A stretch of 38,732 nt of DNA from Gemmatimonadales bacterium (GTDB lineage: Bacteria > Gemmatimonadota > Gemmatimonadetes > Gemmatimonadales > GWC2-71-9), in NCBI GenBank assembly GCA_039794085.1, contig JBDIWC010000039.1, positions 1 through 38,732 of the forward strand. Reading direction: 5' to 3'. The position numbers and the translations under genes are program-made. This document shows positions 28,870-37,649 of this stretch, piece by piece; positions within the stretch are counted from its first letter, which is position 1, and every line of letters starts with the position of its first letter. The notes below the pieces were generated by a model. That model was not told the DNA's origin. It did not search any database and worked only from the letters and a program-made list of their open reading frames with translations.

Positions 28870-31125
28870 TCACGGATCCCTTCGCGGCTCCATTACCTCC
28901 GCCTCCCGGGCCCTCCCGGCAAGACGCAGCAATGCCGCGTAGTCGTGCCGGGTCTCAATCACATCCCGGTGGGTCGGTGGGTAGGCACGCTCCCGGATCT
29001 GCAGCGCCCGTTGGCAAAAGGGCTCCGCTTCCGTCAACCTTCCCTGATCCCGCAACAGGCCGGCCAGTCCGTTGAGTGTGGTGGCGATGCTCGTGGCGGT
29101 GGGCGCGAGCACTTTCTCCTTGATGGCCAGCGCCTGGCGGAATAGCGGCTCCGCCTCGGCGGCGTGTCCAAGTTTCCAATGGGTCTCGCCGAGGTTGTTG
29201 TAAACGCTGGCCACAAGGAAGTGCTCTGTTCCCAAGACCGTCTCAGAGACCCTCCGGGCTCGCTCGTACGTCACCAGCGCGTCCTCGTACCGGCGCTGCA
29301 TGTATTGGACGGCCCCGAGATTGAGGAGAGTGGAGGCCACGTCGACATGGTCCCTTCCCTGCAGTCGTTCCTGGAGGTCCAGGGCCCGGCGGTACAGCGT
29401 GTCCGCCTCCTCGAGCCGGTTCTGGGACCAGAGGGTGCTCGCCAGGTTGCCGATGTTGAGCGCGATGCTGCGGTCCGACGGTGCCCGCACGCGGGAGTCC
29501 AGCGGGAGGACCTCCCGGTAGAGCGTTTCGGCCTCGGCATACCGACCCTGCCCGATCCGGAGGGCCCCGAGGGAAGCCAGGGCTCTGGCCACCATGATGT
29601 GCTCCCGGCCGAACGACCGCGTTCCGATCTCCAGCGCCTGTTGGAGCTGTCGCTCGGCATCGTTCATCTCTCCGCGAGTCCGAGCCACGTCTCCCAGGGC
29701 GATGAGGGTTTCCACCAGCGAGGGATCGGCCGGACCAAGTTCGCGCTCTCGAATGCTCAGGGCCTCCTGCAGCAACTCTCTGGCGGTCTCATACTGACTC
29801 AGTGCGGAGTACACTGTCCCCAAGGTGTGGAGGAGCCGGGCCTGGTGCAGCGGCTGCCCTCCGAGTCCAGACCGGGCCTGCGCCGCACCTCGATCCAGAA
29901 GCTCCAGGGCCGCCTGAGAACTCCGGCCGGACTCCCTGGGGTCCGTGCTCTGGAACAGGTCCACCAGGAAGGTGGTGACCGCCCTTGCCGCCGCCGCCTC
30001 CTCGGCCGCCGCGCGCTCGGCTCTGCTGGCCCGCACAAACCCCACCGTGGCCAGGACGGTGCTGGCAAGGACCACCGCAAGGATGGTGGAGGCCGCGAGG
30101 ACGCCGAGCCGGTGGCGGCGGAGGAACTTCTCCACTCGGTATCGGGTGCTGGGCGACCGGGCCAGCACCGGCTCGTCGTTGAGGTGACGCTGGAGATCCA
30201 TGGCCAGAGCGTTGGCGGTTTCGTACCGACGGGTCCGCTCCGGGGCCATCGCCTTCATCACGATCCAGTCGAGGTCCCCTGCCAGGGTGCGCCGAAGCCG
30301 TTTCGGGTCGGTCTGGCGAGTCTGGGCCGCGGCAATCACCTGGGGGTGGTCGGTGTTCCTGAGCCGGGTGCTTGGCGTGGGGGGATTGATTTCGCCCGTG
30401 GCGAGCCGCGCCAGGAAGGGGTGGAGTCCGATCTCCTTGGGGTCCAGCGGCAGGGAGCCGGTGAGCAGCTCGTAGAGCATCACGCCGAGGGAGTAGATGT
30501 CGGCTCGGGTGTCGGCATCGACACCGGCGGGATCGACCTGTTCCGGGCTCATGTAGGCCGCCGTGCCGATGGCCTGGCCGGACAGCGTGACCAGAGTGAC
30601 ATCCGTCATTTGCTGGCCCAGCGCCTTGGCGATTCCGAAGTCGATGATCTTGGGCTGGACGATGCCATCCTGTTCCGTGACCAGTATGTTCGAGGGCTTG
30701 AGGTCCCGGTGGCTCACGCCCTTTTGATGGGCGTGCTGGACGGCGTGACAGACGAGGATGAAGAGCTCAACCCGGGCCTCCACCGACATCCGGTGGGTGT
30801 CGCAGTAGCGGGTGATGGGAAGCCCGCGTACCAGCTCCATCGCGAAATAGGGCTGGCCCTGGGGAGTGGTTCCGGCGCCCAGCACCTTGGCGATGCCGGG
30901 ATGGTTCATGACCGCAAGTGCCTGGCGTTCGGTTTCGAATCGCGCGACCACCTCCCGCGAGTTGGTTCCGACGCGCATCGCCTTGATCGCCACCCGGCGA
31001 CGGACCGGACCGGTTTCCTCGGCCTCGTACACGATCCCCATCCCCCCCTCCCCCAGCACCTGGAGGATGCGGTAGGGGCCGATATGGTCGGGGAGGATCG
31101 AGAGCGGTGGCACCGGGTTTCCCAT
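28870..31125 (-). CDS. Hanks-type Ser/Thr protein kinase with TM helix and C-terminal TPR repeats
   Basis: 'LGEGGMGIVY', 'VAIK', 'HRDLKPSN', 'IDFGIAK', 'YMSPEQ'; TM 'LGVLAASTILAVVLASTVLATVGF'; 42-aa-type TPRs; GGAGGAGG RBS. Confidence 0.95.
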   Translation of the reverse strand: MGNPVPPLSILPDHIGPYRILQVLGEGGMGIVYEAEETGPVRRRVAIKAMRVGTNSREVVARFETERQALAVMNHPGIAKVLGAGTTPQGQPYFAMELVRGLPITRYCDTHRMSVEARVELFILVCHAVQHAHQKGVSHRDLKPSNILVTEQDGIVQPKIIDFGIAKALGQQMTDVTLVTLSGQAIGTAAYMSPEQVDPAGVDADTRADIYSLGVMLYELLTGSLPLDPKEIGLHPFLARLATGEINPPTPSTRLRNTDHPQVIAAAQTRQTDPKRLRRTLAGDLDWIVMKAMAPERTRRYETANALAMDLQRHLNDEPVLARSPSTRYRVEKFLRRHRLGVLAASTILAVVLASTVLATVGFVRASRAERAAAEEAAAARAVTTFLVDLFQSTDPRESGRSSQAALELLDRGAAQARSGLGGQPLHQARLLHTLGTVYSALSQYETARELLQEALSIRERELGPADPSLVETLIALGDVARTRGEMNDAERQLQQALEIGTRSFGREHIMVARALASLGALRIGQGRYAEAETLYREVLPLDSRVRAPSDRSIALNIGNLASTLWSQNRLEEADTLYRRALDLQERLQGRDHVDVASTLLNLGAVQYMQRRYEDALVTYERARRVSETVLGTEHFLVASVYNNLGETHWKLGHAAEAEPLFRQALAIKEKVLAPTATSIATTLNGLAGLLRDQGRLTEAEPFCQRALQIRERAYPPTHRDVIETRHDYAALLRLAGRAREAEVMEPRRDP

Positions 31126-31141
31126 GGGGTTCCTCCTCCGC

Positions 31142-31591
31142 TCACCCGGTCAGGGGCACATAGATGTCCGGGTCCACGACCACGGTGTCGGGGTGCCCCG
31201 CTGAGTCAACACAGATCAGATCCACCTGGTAGCGATATCGCCCCGGGGCGACATTCGGTTTCATGCCCTGGGCACGGGCCGGCCTCCCTGGGGCTCCGGG
31301 AATCCTGTCGGTGTGCACGTAGAGCCAGTGTCCCGGTCGCACCGGCTTGATGCCGAATTCGGGGACGCTGTCCCCCGTGGCGACGGTCAGGTGCCATTCG
31401 ATGGCGTCGCCATCGGCCACGCTCAAGCGCTAGGGGGAGAGGGTGAAGGAGACCGAGTTTCCCGAACAGCCGACCTGTAGGTTCACGTTCTTCGTATCCC
31501 GGCCGATGACTCCGGCCTGTTGGGCACACGAAACGAGGACAGCAGAGGCTGCGAGAAGAAGGGACGGAGCCATCAGACGGACGAGGCGCAT
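31142..31591 (-). pseudogene. Lipoprotein gene interrupted by a single in-frame TAG (31430-31432)
   Basis: ORF-track pieces 31430.. and 31142..31426 share one frame: 'MRLVRLMAPSLLLAASAVLVSC...FTLSP*RLSVADGDAIEW...VVDPDIYVPLTG'; GGAGG RBS and lipobox present. Confidence 0.75.
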
Positions 31592-31747
31592 CGGGTCGGG
31601 CCTCCATTGGGGGGGAACTTCGATTCTGCCTCCAGTTTCCGGTTTCCGCAAGAGGCGATGGATGCCCCACCCTCTACCCCACCCCTCCTTGAGTAGAAGC
31701 GTAATTTTGTCTCGAAGTGGGTCATCGTACCTGATATCCAGCCCCCC

Positions 31748-31888
31748 GGTGTTGGGTATAGTTGGGTATTGGGTATTGGGTATAATTGGGTATCGGGTAT
31801 TATCGGGTATCGGGTATCGGGTATTGGGCGTTGGGTGTTGGGTGTTGGGCTGATCTTCAAACTTCACACTTCCCACTTCAAACTTCCT
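31748..31888. repeat. Heptamer tandem arrays (GGGTATT/GGGTATC/GGGTGTT)n then (ACTTCAA/ACTTCAC/ACTTCCC)n
   Basis: Directly visible tandem units between divergent lipoprotein genes. Confidence 0.85.
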
Positions 31889-31903
31889 TTCCCCCCCCCC
31901 CGC

Positions 31904-31932
31904 TTGACCTTTCCCGAGAGGGATCGTACTGT
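31904..31932 (+). promoter_or_regulatory. sigma70-type promoter
   Basis: TTGACC-N17-TACTGT upstream of the 31978 lipoprotein gene. Confidence 0.55.
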
Positions 31933-31977
31933 TGAGTGCTCCCGGCAACATGCCCACATACACCCCCCAGAGGCTCC

Positions 31978-32424
31978 ATGCGTCTCGTTCCTGCCGTGAT
32001 CATTGCTGTTGCTCTTGCCGCCTGCGCCCCCGCTGAACAGCCGGCTGTCGAAGAGGCTCCCGCTCCCCCCGTCCCGACCCTCGCCGATTTCGCCGGGACC
32101 TGGCAGAACAGCGCCACCCTGACCGGAGTCGAGGCCCCGGTGCTTTCCACCATGACCGGGACCGTGGCCGGGACCGACTGGACCATGACCCTCGAAGGTC
32201 GGCCCCCTGTTCCGCTGCAGGTGTCCATCGTGGGGGACAGTCTGATCACCCAGACCGGGGAGTACGAGAGCATCCTCCGGCCCGGCGTGATGGTGACGGT
32301 CCGGACGGCAAGCGTGCTCCAGGGCGGGATGCTGATGGGGAACATGGTGGCCACCTACAAGACGGCCGCCGGGGAGGAGCAGGTGACCGGCACGATTCAG
32401 GGCACCCGGGTTCCCCCGCAGTAA
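31978..32424 (+). CDS. Lipoprotein of unknown function (lipocalin-like beta barrel suspected)
   Basis: Lipobox 'ALAA-C', Pro/Ala linker, 'LADFAGTW' followed by beta strands. Confidence 0.75.
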   Translation: MRLVPAVIIAVALAACAPAEQPAVEEAPAPPVPTLADFAGTWQNSATLTGVEAPVLSTMTGTVAGTDWTMTLEGRPPVPLQVSIVGDSLITQTGEYESILRPGVMVTVRTASVLQGGMLMGNMVATYKTAAGEEQVTGTIQGTRVPPQ

Positions 32425-32448
32425 GCTCCCGAGGTCCGACTGAAGCAA

Positions 32449-32493
32449 ACGGGCGGTGGGGGGGGCGACGCCCTCCACCGCCCGTGGGTTTTT
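32449..32493 (+). terminator. Intrinsic terminator, possibly bidirectional
   Basis: ACGGGCGGTGG...CCACCGCCCGT stem followed by GGGTTTTT. Confidence 0.7.
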
Positions 32494-32567
32494 GGAAAGA
32501 ACCTGCTCAGGGCTCAGCTGTCGAGAAGAATCGCCGAGGGGCTCCTCTGCGACTGGTGTCACGAACG

Positions 32568-32838
32568 CTAATCGCAGACCAGGACATTTCCCTCCCAGAG
32601 AAGTTGCCCGGTGCCCGTTTCATCGTTCCAGATCTCGATGATGACCCATTCTTCCGTGCAGGTACCGCCTCCACCCCCGCCTCCACCCCCGCCACTTCCG
32701 GGCTCACACGGGTTGTCGGGGTCGAACTCGATCTGGCCGTCGCACGAGCCGCCGCTCCCACCGGAGGGGTTGCAGCGCGATGACCCCCCACAATGCGACG
32801 GCGGTCATCGTTCTCTTCGGAATGGTGAAGCTGGCCAT
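32568..32838 (-). pseudogene. Frameshifted small Gly/Cys-rich lipoprotein (absent from the ORF track)
   Basis: Strong RBS, then MASFTIPKRTMTAVALWGVIA; one extra base at 32775, then CNPSGGSGGSCDGQIEFDPDNPCEPGS(G)10TCTEEWVIIEIWNDETGTGQLLWEGNVLVCD* in the +1 frame, which has no start codon of its own. Confidence 0.65.
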
Positions 32839-32888
32839 TCTCTGCTCTCCTTCCTTCGAGGGTTTATGACGATGCGCCGGACCATGCC

Positions 32889-34271
32889 CTACCGGCGCCG
32901 ACCACGAGTTCGCGCCACGAGAACGAGATTTGCATCATCTGCTATCCGCCTTCCCGTCATCATGAGGGCATACTCACCGCCCGGGAGGATTCCTCCCACC
33001 GGGGCACGGTGAACGGAGACCCCCTCGATCGGAATGAGCCGGGGAGGTGTCAGTACGGAGTCCTCAATCCGCAGGTGATGGAGAATCCCGTGATATCGAG
33101 TTCCGGGAAGCCGTTCGGTCCCTGGCACGCCGTTGTTGACGACAAACAGATCCGACCCTCCGCACTCCGGGGAGGTGAGGCTGGAAGAGAACACGTCATC
33201 GAGTGATGTGAGGGTGTCCTGAATCCAGCTCTCCCTCGTCTCCCGCATCCAGATCAATGTGGTGCCCGACCCGGCGTTCTCGTGTCGGAAGAGATGCCAG
33301 TTGCCTCCACGGTCGAGGGTACCAATCGGATTGTAGGTGGCGCGACCAGGGGGGGGAGGGCTATGGATAGTCACCGGTGTGCTCCAGGTGTGGCCCTCGT
33401 CGCGGGATTGGGTCAGGCGAACACTCCCCGAGGGGTTCCCGCCGATGATGGCCGCGTGCAGGTCGCCAGTACTATTCCTGAGCAGCAGTGCATAGACTCC
33501 CCAACCGACCAGACCCTCACCCTTCGGCAGGATCGAGATGGGTTCATCCGCCGCCGGATTCGTGGGGATGCGGATACCCTTGACTCGACCACCCGCGAGA
33601 ATGGTGAGGGTGAGCAAGTGCCTGTCATCGAGCCTGATCGGTGGCGGGCGCCGATATCCGATCGGCAACGCCCACCCCTCGACCGCGGGAAGGATCTGTC
33701 GGGGGGAGTGCCACGACCCATCTCGAAATAACGCATACCAGAGTTCAAGCTCCAACAACCCCGAGCCACTATGAGCGCTGCTATCCGAAGGTTGGGTGCG
33801 CGCCTCTGCGGGCTCCACAGGCGCGGAAGACCACAGGAAGTGGCTCGCGCCATCCGATTCTACCAGTGCCGTCGGAGCGACGAAGTCGGGGTGCCGGTTC
33901 CGGTCGGGCCAGGGTGGGAGTCGCCGCCACCCCTCAGGGGTTTCCTGAAGTTCCACGAGGGCCATGGAGAGGAATCGGGGTCGTTGGGGCTGCCTCCACT
34001 CAAGCAGGGAACCGCTGGTCAGAAGGAGGCGCACGCGTCCCCCCGCGTCAGGCAGGATGGCCACCGGTTCGAGGAAGGAATCTGCCGGGGCGGACCAGGC
34101 TACTTCCCATGATAGGTCCATCGGGGACTCACATTGGGAGGAGAACGGGGACGCACGGCCTGGGGAGGCCGCCACCTTGAGGGATACCCCCACCAGCACC
34201 ACCCCTGCGAGAATCAGCAACAACCGCCTCCTCGACGGTCTTTGGACTCCAATACGTTGGTCTGGTGTCAT
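32889..34271 (-). CDS. Exported Asp-box (BNR)/sialidase-like beta-propeller protein
   Basis: N-terminal 'SRRRLL' plus hydrophobic stretch; Asp-box 'SRDEGHTW'; repeated blade motifs 'HFLWS', 'LHAAII', 'WHLFR'. Confidence 0.6.
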   Translation of the reverse strand: MTPDQRIGVQRPSRRRLLLILAGVVLVGVSLKVAASPGRASPFSSQCESPMDLSWEVAWSAPADSFLEPVAILPDAGGRVRLLLTSGSLLEWRQPQRPRFLSMALVELQETPEGWRRLPPWPDRNRHPDFVAPTALVESDGASHFLWSSAPVEPAEARTQPSDSSAHSGSGLLELELWYALFRDGSWHSPRQILPAVEGWALPIGYRRPPPIRLDDRHLLTLTILAGGRVKGIRIPTNPAADEPISILPKGEGLVGWGVYALLLRNSTGDLHAAIIGGNPSGSVRLTQSRDEGHTWSTPVTIHSPPPPGRATYNPIGTLDRGGNWHLFRHENAGSGTTLIWMRETRESWIQDTLTSLDDVFSSSLTSPECGGSDLFVVNNGVPGTERLPGTRYHGILHHLRIEDSVLTPPRLIPIEGVSVHRAPVGGILPGGEYALMMTGRRIADDANLVLVARTRGRRR

Positions 34272-34520
34272 GACAGACCAGCCTGTTCTGCGGCGCGTCT
34301 TGCGCCACCAGTTTGTTCCCCATACCTTCGGTGAAACACAACAATCTCATGTTGCACGATGCCATACCGATAATATCCGGGCTTCCGGAGCTTCGCTATG
34401 ACAGATGTGCGGTGTATAGGGGGGTATTTTGTTGCGGTGATGATGCGATGAGCGAGATCGTCTTTGAACATATTCGTTGAAATGATGGTGACGTGACGTG
34501 GTTGTTTCAGGAGGATCCGG

Positions 34521-35558
34521 ATGGGGATTCGTTCGGGACGTTCTGATCATGGCGGTCGGGAGGATGGGGAACATGGTTCAACGGTGGCGGCACTCATCGA
34601 GCGTGGGCTCACGCTGCGCGCCATCGGTGCCATCGGGAATCCAGCGGCTTCCGTCACGGTGAGTCGGATCGAGCGCTCGCTCGGTCTCAGTGGATACCGG
34701 CCATTGCAAGGAATGCTCCGCCGATGCAAAGTCCCCAGCTTCCGGCTGCTCCGGCCCTGGTTGGTGGTCCTTCGCCTTCTGCACAAGACGACCACTCAGC
34801 GATGCACCCCGTGCTCCTTGGCCCTGCGGCACTGTTGTGATCCCGCCCCCTGGTATCGTCTGGTCAAGAAAAAGACCGGACTTCCCTGGTCCGAAGTCGA
34901 GCGCCGTGGAGTCCGCTGGCTTGAGAAGGCCGCAATGTCCGAACTGGGTCTTGATTCCAAGCCTCCTCTCACGTCGATACCTTCGGGCGACGGGCGACCT
35001 CAAGTATCGAGGATGCGCGCGGGAGCCTCGCGCGACGCCCGCCAGGCGGGGAGCGCCGCTCCGGCAAGCGACACCCCGATGAGGAACGCGGTCAGGCGCG
35101 CGGCAAGGCCGGCATCCCACCCGGGAAGACCCTCGATCAGGTCCCCCAGGCCGAGCCAGAGTGACGGCCCGAACCAGAGACCGAGTGCCGCCCCCGCGAG
35201 CCCCGTCCCGGCCGCCCGGACGAGCACCCAGGCGAGCACCCGAGCCCGCGTGGCCCCCACCGCGCGCCGCACCGCCAGTTCCCCCCTGAGTCCCCGCACC
35301 CAGAGCAGCATCGCCACGAAGGCACCGCCGATGGCCAGAACCAGGAGCGCCACCCCCTCCACGAGAAACCACCGTCCGAACCAGCGAAGCCGAGTGGAGT
35401 TTTCGGCCACCATCTCGCGTTCGGATCCCCGGTGCGTCACGGTCACCCCGGCCCGCGTTCCGATCGCCGTCAGATTCGCGATCCCGTCTCCCTCACGCTC
35501 TTCCCGGCGGACCAGGAGATCGGCGCTGGCGGTGGGATGCTGGAGAATGCTGGCGTAG
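34521..35558 (+). CDS. AraC-like HTH regulator (meaningful part about 34521-34980; frame runs on antisense to the permease)
   Basis: AGGAGG RBS; first HTH 'VSRIERSLGLSGYRPLQGMLRR'; second 'LALRHCCDPAPWYRLVKKKTGLPWSEV' resembles the AraC C-terminal signature. Confidence 0.5.
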   Translation: MGIRSGRSDHGGREDGEHGSTVAALIERGLTLRAIGAIGNPAASVTVSRIERSLGLSGYRPLQGMLRRCKVPSFRLLRPWLVVLRLLHKTTTQRCTPCSLALRHCCDPAPWYRLVKKKTGLPWSEVERRGVRWLEKAAMSELGLDSKPPLTSIPSGDGRPQVSRMRAGASRDARQAGSAAPASDTPMRNAVRRAARPASHPGRPSIRSPRPSQSDGPNQRPSAAPASPVPAARTSTQASTRARVAPTARRTASSPLSPRTQSSIATKAPPMARTRSATPSTRNHRPNQRSRVEFSATISRSDPRCVTVTPARVPIAVRFAIPSPSRSSRRTRRSALAVGCWRMLA

Positions 35559-36823
35559 ACCGTGAATTCGGGCTGCAGCGACCCTCCCAGGGCCGTAGGC
35601 GGATCATCCGCGATGCCCACCACCCGATGCCAGTGCCGGGGGTCGGTGCCGAGGCGGATTCGCCGGCCGATGGCGTCGCCATTTTCGAAGTGGCGGACGG
35701 CAAGGGCGTGATTGACCACCGCCACGCGCTCGGCCGCGTCCCAGGTGTCCTCGTCGGTTATGCCTCGGCCCGCCCGGAGATGGACCCCCATCGCGGCGAA
35801 CGAATCGGCGGACACGAGGTGGTGCGTAGCATCAACGACGTGAAGGCGGCGCGGCGCCGGCGGTAGGTCGCCAAGGGGACAGACACCGCACTCGGTGGTG
35901 GCGGGACTCACGGTGCCGAGTCCCTGAAGGGCACCGGGGCTGGTGAGGCTGGCAAAGGGCCAGGATCGGGTCACCGTCTCCAGAAAGCTCCTGATCCCCG
36001 CAGCGCGGACGTCGAGTTTCGGCTCCGTCGAGACGACCTCATATCGCTGGCCACCGTCCGCCGGAGATCCCGGGTGCGGCACCGTCTCGGTCCCGGCCTG
36101 ACGGAGCAGGAGTGCCGCCGCGGTCAGCACCATCAGCGTGATTCCCGATTGAATGGCCGAGAGCACCAGGGGGCGTCCCGGTGTCGAGGGGAGGGAAAGA
36201 GGGGTCGGTCCCACACGCAGGGCGGGAGCCAGGAGAGCGAGAGCAACCACACCCGCGAGCATCGCGGCGACTGGCACGGTGAGGGCGAAGGAGCCGGGCG
36301 TCACGGCCCCCGGCCAGGTGGCGAGGGCGCGGCTCGCGAGCCAGGTCCCCACGGCGGCCCCGACACTCAAGCCGGCGGCGGTCAGGACTCCCGCCTCCAG
36401 CAGAACGTCGTGAACGATCCGCCTTCGCGATGCCCCGACGGCGCGGGCCACCTGGAAGTCGGCTCGGCGCTCACGACCCAGTGCCGCCCCGGTCATGAGC
36501 GCCGTGAGGCCCGCCATGAGGAGGGTGCCCAGCGTCGTGGCGAGGAGCATCAGGGAGACGCGGTCGAGCGCGAGCCGTTCGGTGCTGCGGGCCTCGTGAG
36601 CCGGTTCACCCCAATCGAGTCCCGTGGCGGCGAGTGGGGGCTCCGGCGCGAGACGGCTCACGGCGCCGGGAGTGGCCGGCACGAGGGAGACGACCGGGAG
36701 CGCCGAGGCGAATCCGAGGGCCATGGTCGCGAGGAGAAGGGCGACGTGGAGCCCCCGGCGAAAGAGCGAGAGGGGACCGGGACCCCGCAGGCGCGCGGTG
36801 GCGGGACCGAGGGAACGTGACAG
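35000..36823 (-). CDS. FtsX/MacB-like ABC transporter permease (duplicated, orphan)
   Basis: Two FtsX domains ('RRADFQVARAVGASRRRI', 'RGELAVRRAVGATRARV', 'LPAWRASR') and MacB periplasmic 'VAVVNHALA..AIGRRI..VVGI'; start CTG 36823 or ATG 36724. Confidence 0.85.
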   Translation of the reverse strand: MSRSLGPATARLRGPGPLSLFRRGLHVALLLATMALGFASALPVVSLVPATPGAVSRLAPEPPLAATGLDWGEPAHEARSTERLALDRVSLMLLATTLGTLLMAGLTALMTGAALGRERRADFQVARAVGASRRRIVHDVLLEAGVLTAAGLSVGAAVGTWLASRALATWPGAVTPGSFALTVPVAAMLAGVVALALLAPALRVGPTPLSLPSTPGRPLVLSAIQSGITLMVLTAAALLLRQAGTETVPHPGSPADGGQRYEVVSTEPKLDVRAAGIRSFLETVTRSWPFASLTSPGALQGLGTVSPATTECGVCPLGDLPPAPRRLHVVDATHHLVSADSFAAMGVHLRAGRGITDEDTWDAAERVAVVNHALAVRHFENGDAIGRRIRLGTDPRHWHRVVGIADDPPTALGGSLQPEFTVYASILQHPTASADLLVRREEREGDGIANLTAIGTRAGVTVTHRGSEREMVAENSTRLRWFGRWFLVEGVALLVLAIGGAFVAMLLWVRGLRGELAVRRAVGATRARVLAWVLVRAAGTGLAGAALGLWFGPSLWLGLGDLIEGLPGWDAGLAARLTAFLIGVSLAGAALPAWRASREAPARILDT

Positions 36824-37019
36824 GGAATCCTCCGGAGCGGGATACCCAGAACCTCGGGTTTCGGGCCGCCCCCGTCAAGATGTCGCTGCGGAACCTCTTC
36901 GGGTTTCAGCACGTTCTCTCCCTGTCCGGTTTTCCAGGCAACATCCGGCGACCACTACTCGTAAGGGTATCAATTCCGTGCTCCCGATGGAGCCCCTTCT
37001 CCCCCAAGTTGGAGTTGAC

Positions 37020-37649
37020 ATGTTGAGACGCACCATGCTCGCCGCGCTGTTCGGAGTCGTCGTCCTGCTGGCCGGAAAGGGCGACACAGTGCAGGCGCAG
37101 GACGGCGGGGGCGGGATCCGCTATGTGGTGGCGCCCGAGGGGAACGAGGTGCGGTACCGGGTCCGGGAGCGGCTGGCCCGGCTCGAGTTCCCGAATGATG
37201 CCGTGGGGAAAACAGCCAAGGTCACCGGGGGGATCTCCTTCACCGAGTCGGGGCAGATCGCTCCGGGATCGAAATTCGTGATCGACCTCGGCTCCCTCAC
37301 GAGTGATGAGGAGCGCCGGGATCGCTATGTCCGGATGCGGACATTGGAGACGGAAACGCACCCGACGGCTGAACTGATTCCGACGGCGGTCCAGGGTCTT
37401 CCCAACCCTCTTCCCGCGTCGGGCGAGTTCTCCTTCACGATGGAGGGCACGTTCACCGTGAAAGGAGTCACCCGACCGTTGACCTGGGAAGTGAAGGCGC
37501 GGAACGACAACGGGGTGATCACCGGATCGGCGACGACAGCCACCACCTTCGCGGACCTCCAACTGACCAAGCCCTCCCTCGCCTTTCTGCTCGACGTGAG
37601 TGACGCGATCGGGCTGGAGTACGATTTCCGGCTGATCCGGTCCCAGTGA
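37020..37649 (+). CDS. YceI-family lipid/polyisoprenoid-binding protein
   Basis: Signal peptide; 'IDLGSLTSDEERRDRYVR..LETETHPTA', 'GTFTVKGVTRP'. Confidence 0.88.
   Translation: MLRRTMLAALFGVVVLLAGKGDTVQAQDGGGGIRYVVAPEGNEVRYRVRERLARLEFPNDAVGKTAKVTGGISFTESGQIAPGSKFVIDLGSLTSDEERRDRYVRMRTLETETHPTAELIPTAVQGLPNPLPASGEFSFTMEGTFTVKGVTRPLTWEVKARNDNGVITGSATTATTFADLQLTKPSLAFLLDVSDAIGLEYDFRLIRSQ

Noticed and set aside
31430..31432. TAG recoding (pyrrolysine or alternative genetic code)
   Set aside because: Many genes in the window end properly at TAG and no pyl genes are seen; a TGG to TAG change is simpler
31891..31901. C11 run beside a promoter (and G11 at 25750-25760) as phase-variation tracts
   Set aside because: Outside the -35/-10 spacer and outside coding sequence; no evidence of length variation
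31592..31963. N-terminal extension 'PNTQHPTPNTRYPIP...' and similar repeat-peptide ORFs (28739-28942, 25885-25977, 19343-20527)
   Set aside because: Translations of heptamer arrays, not proteins
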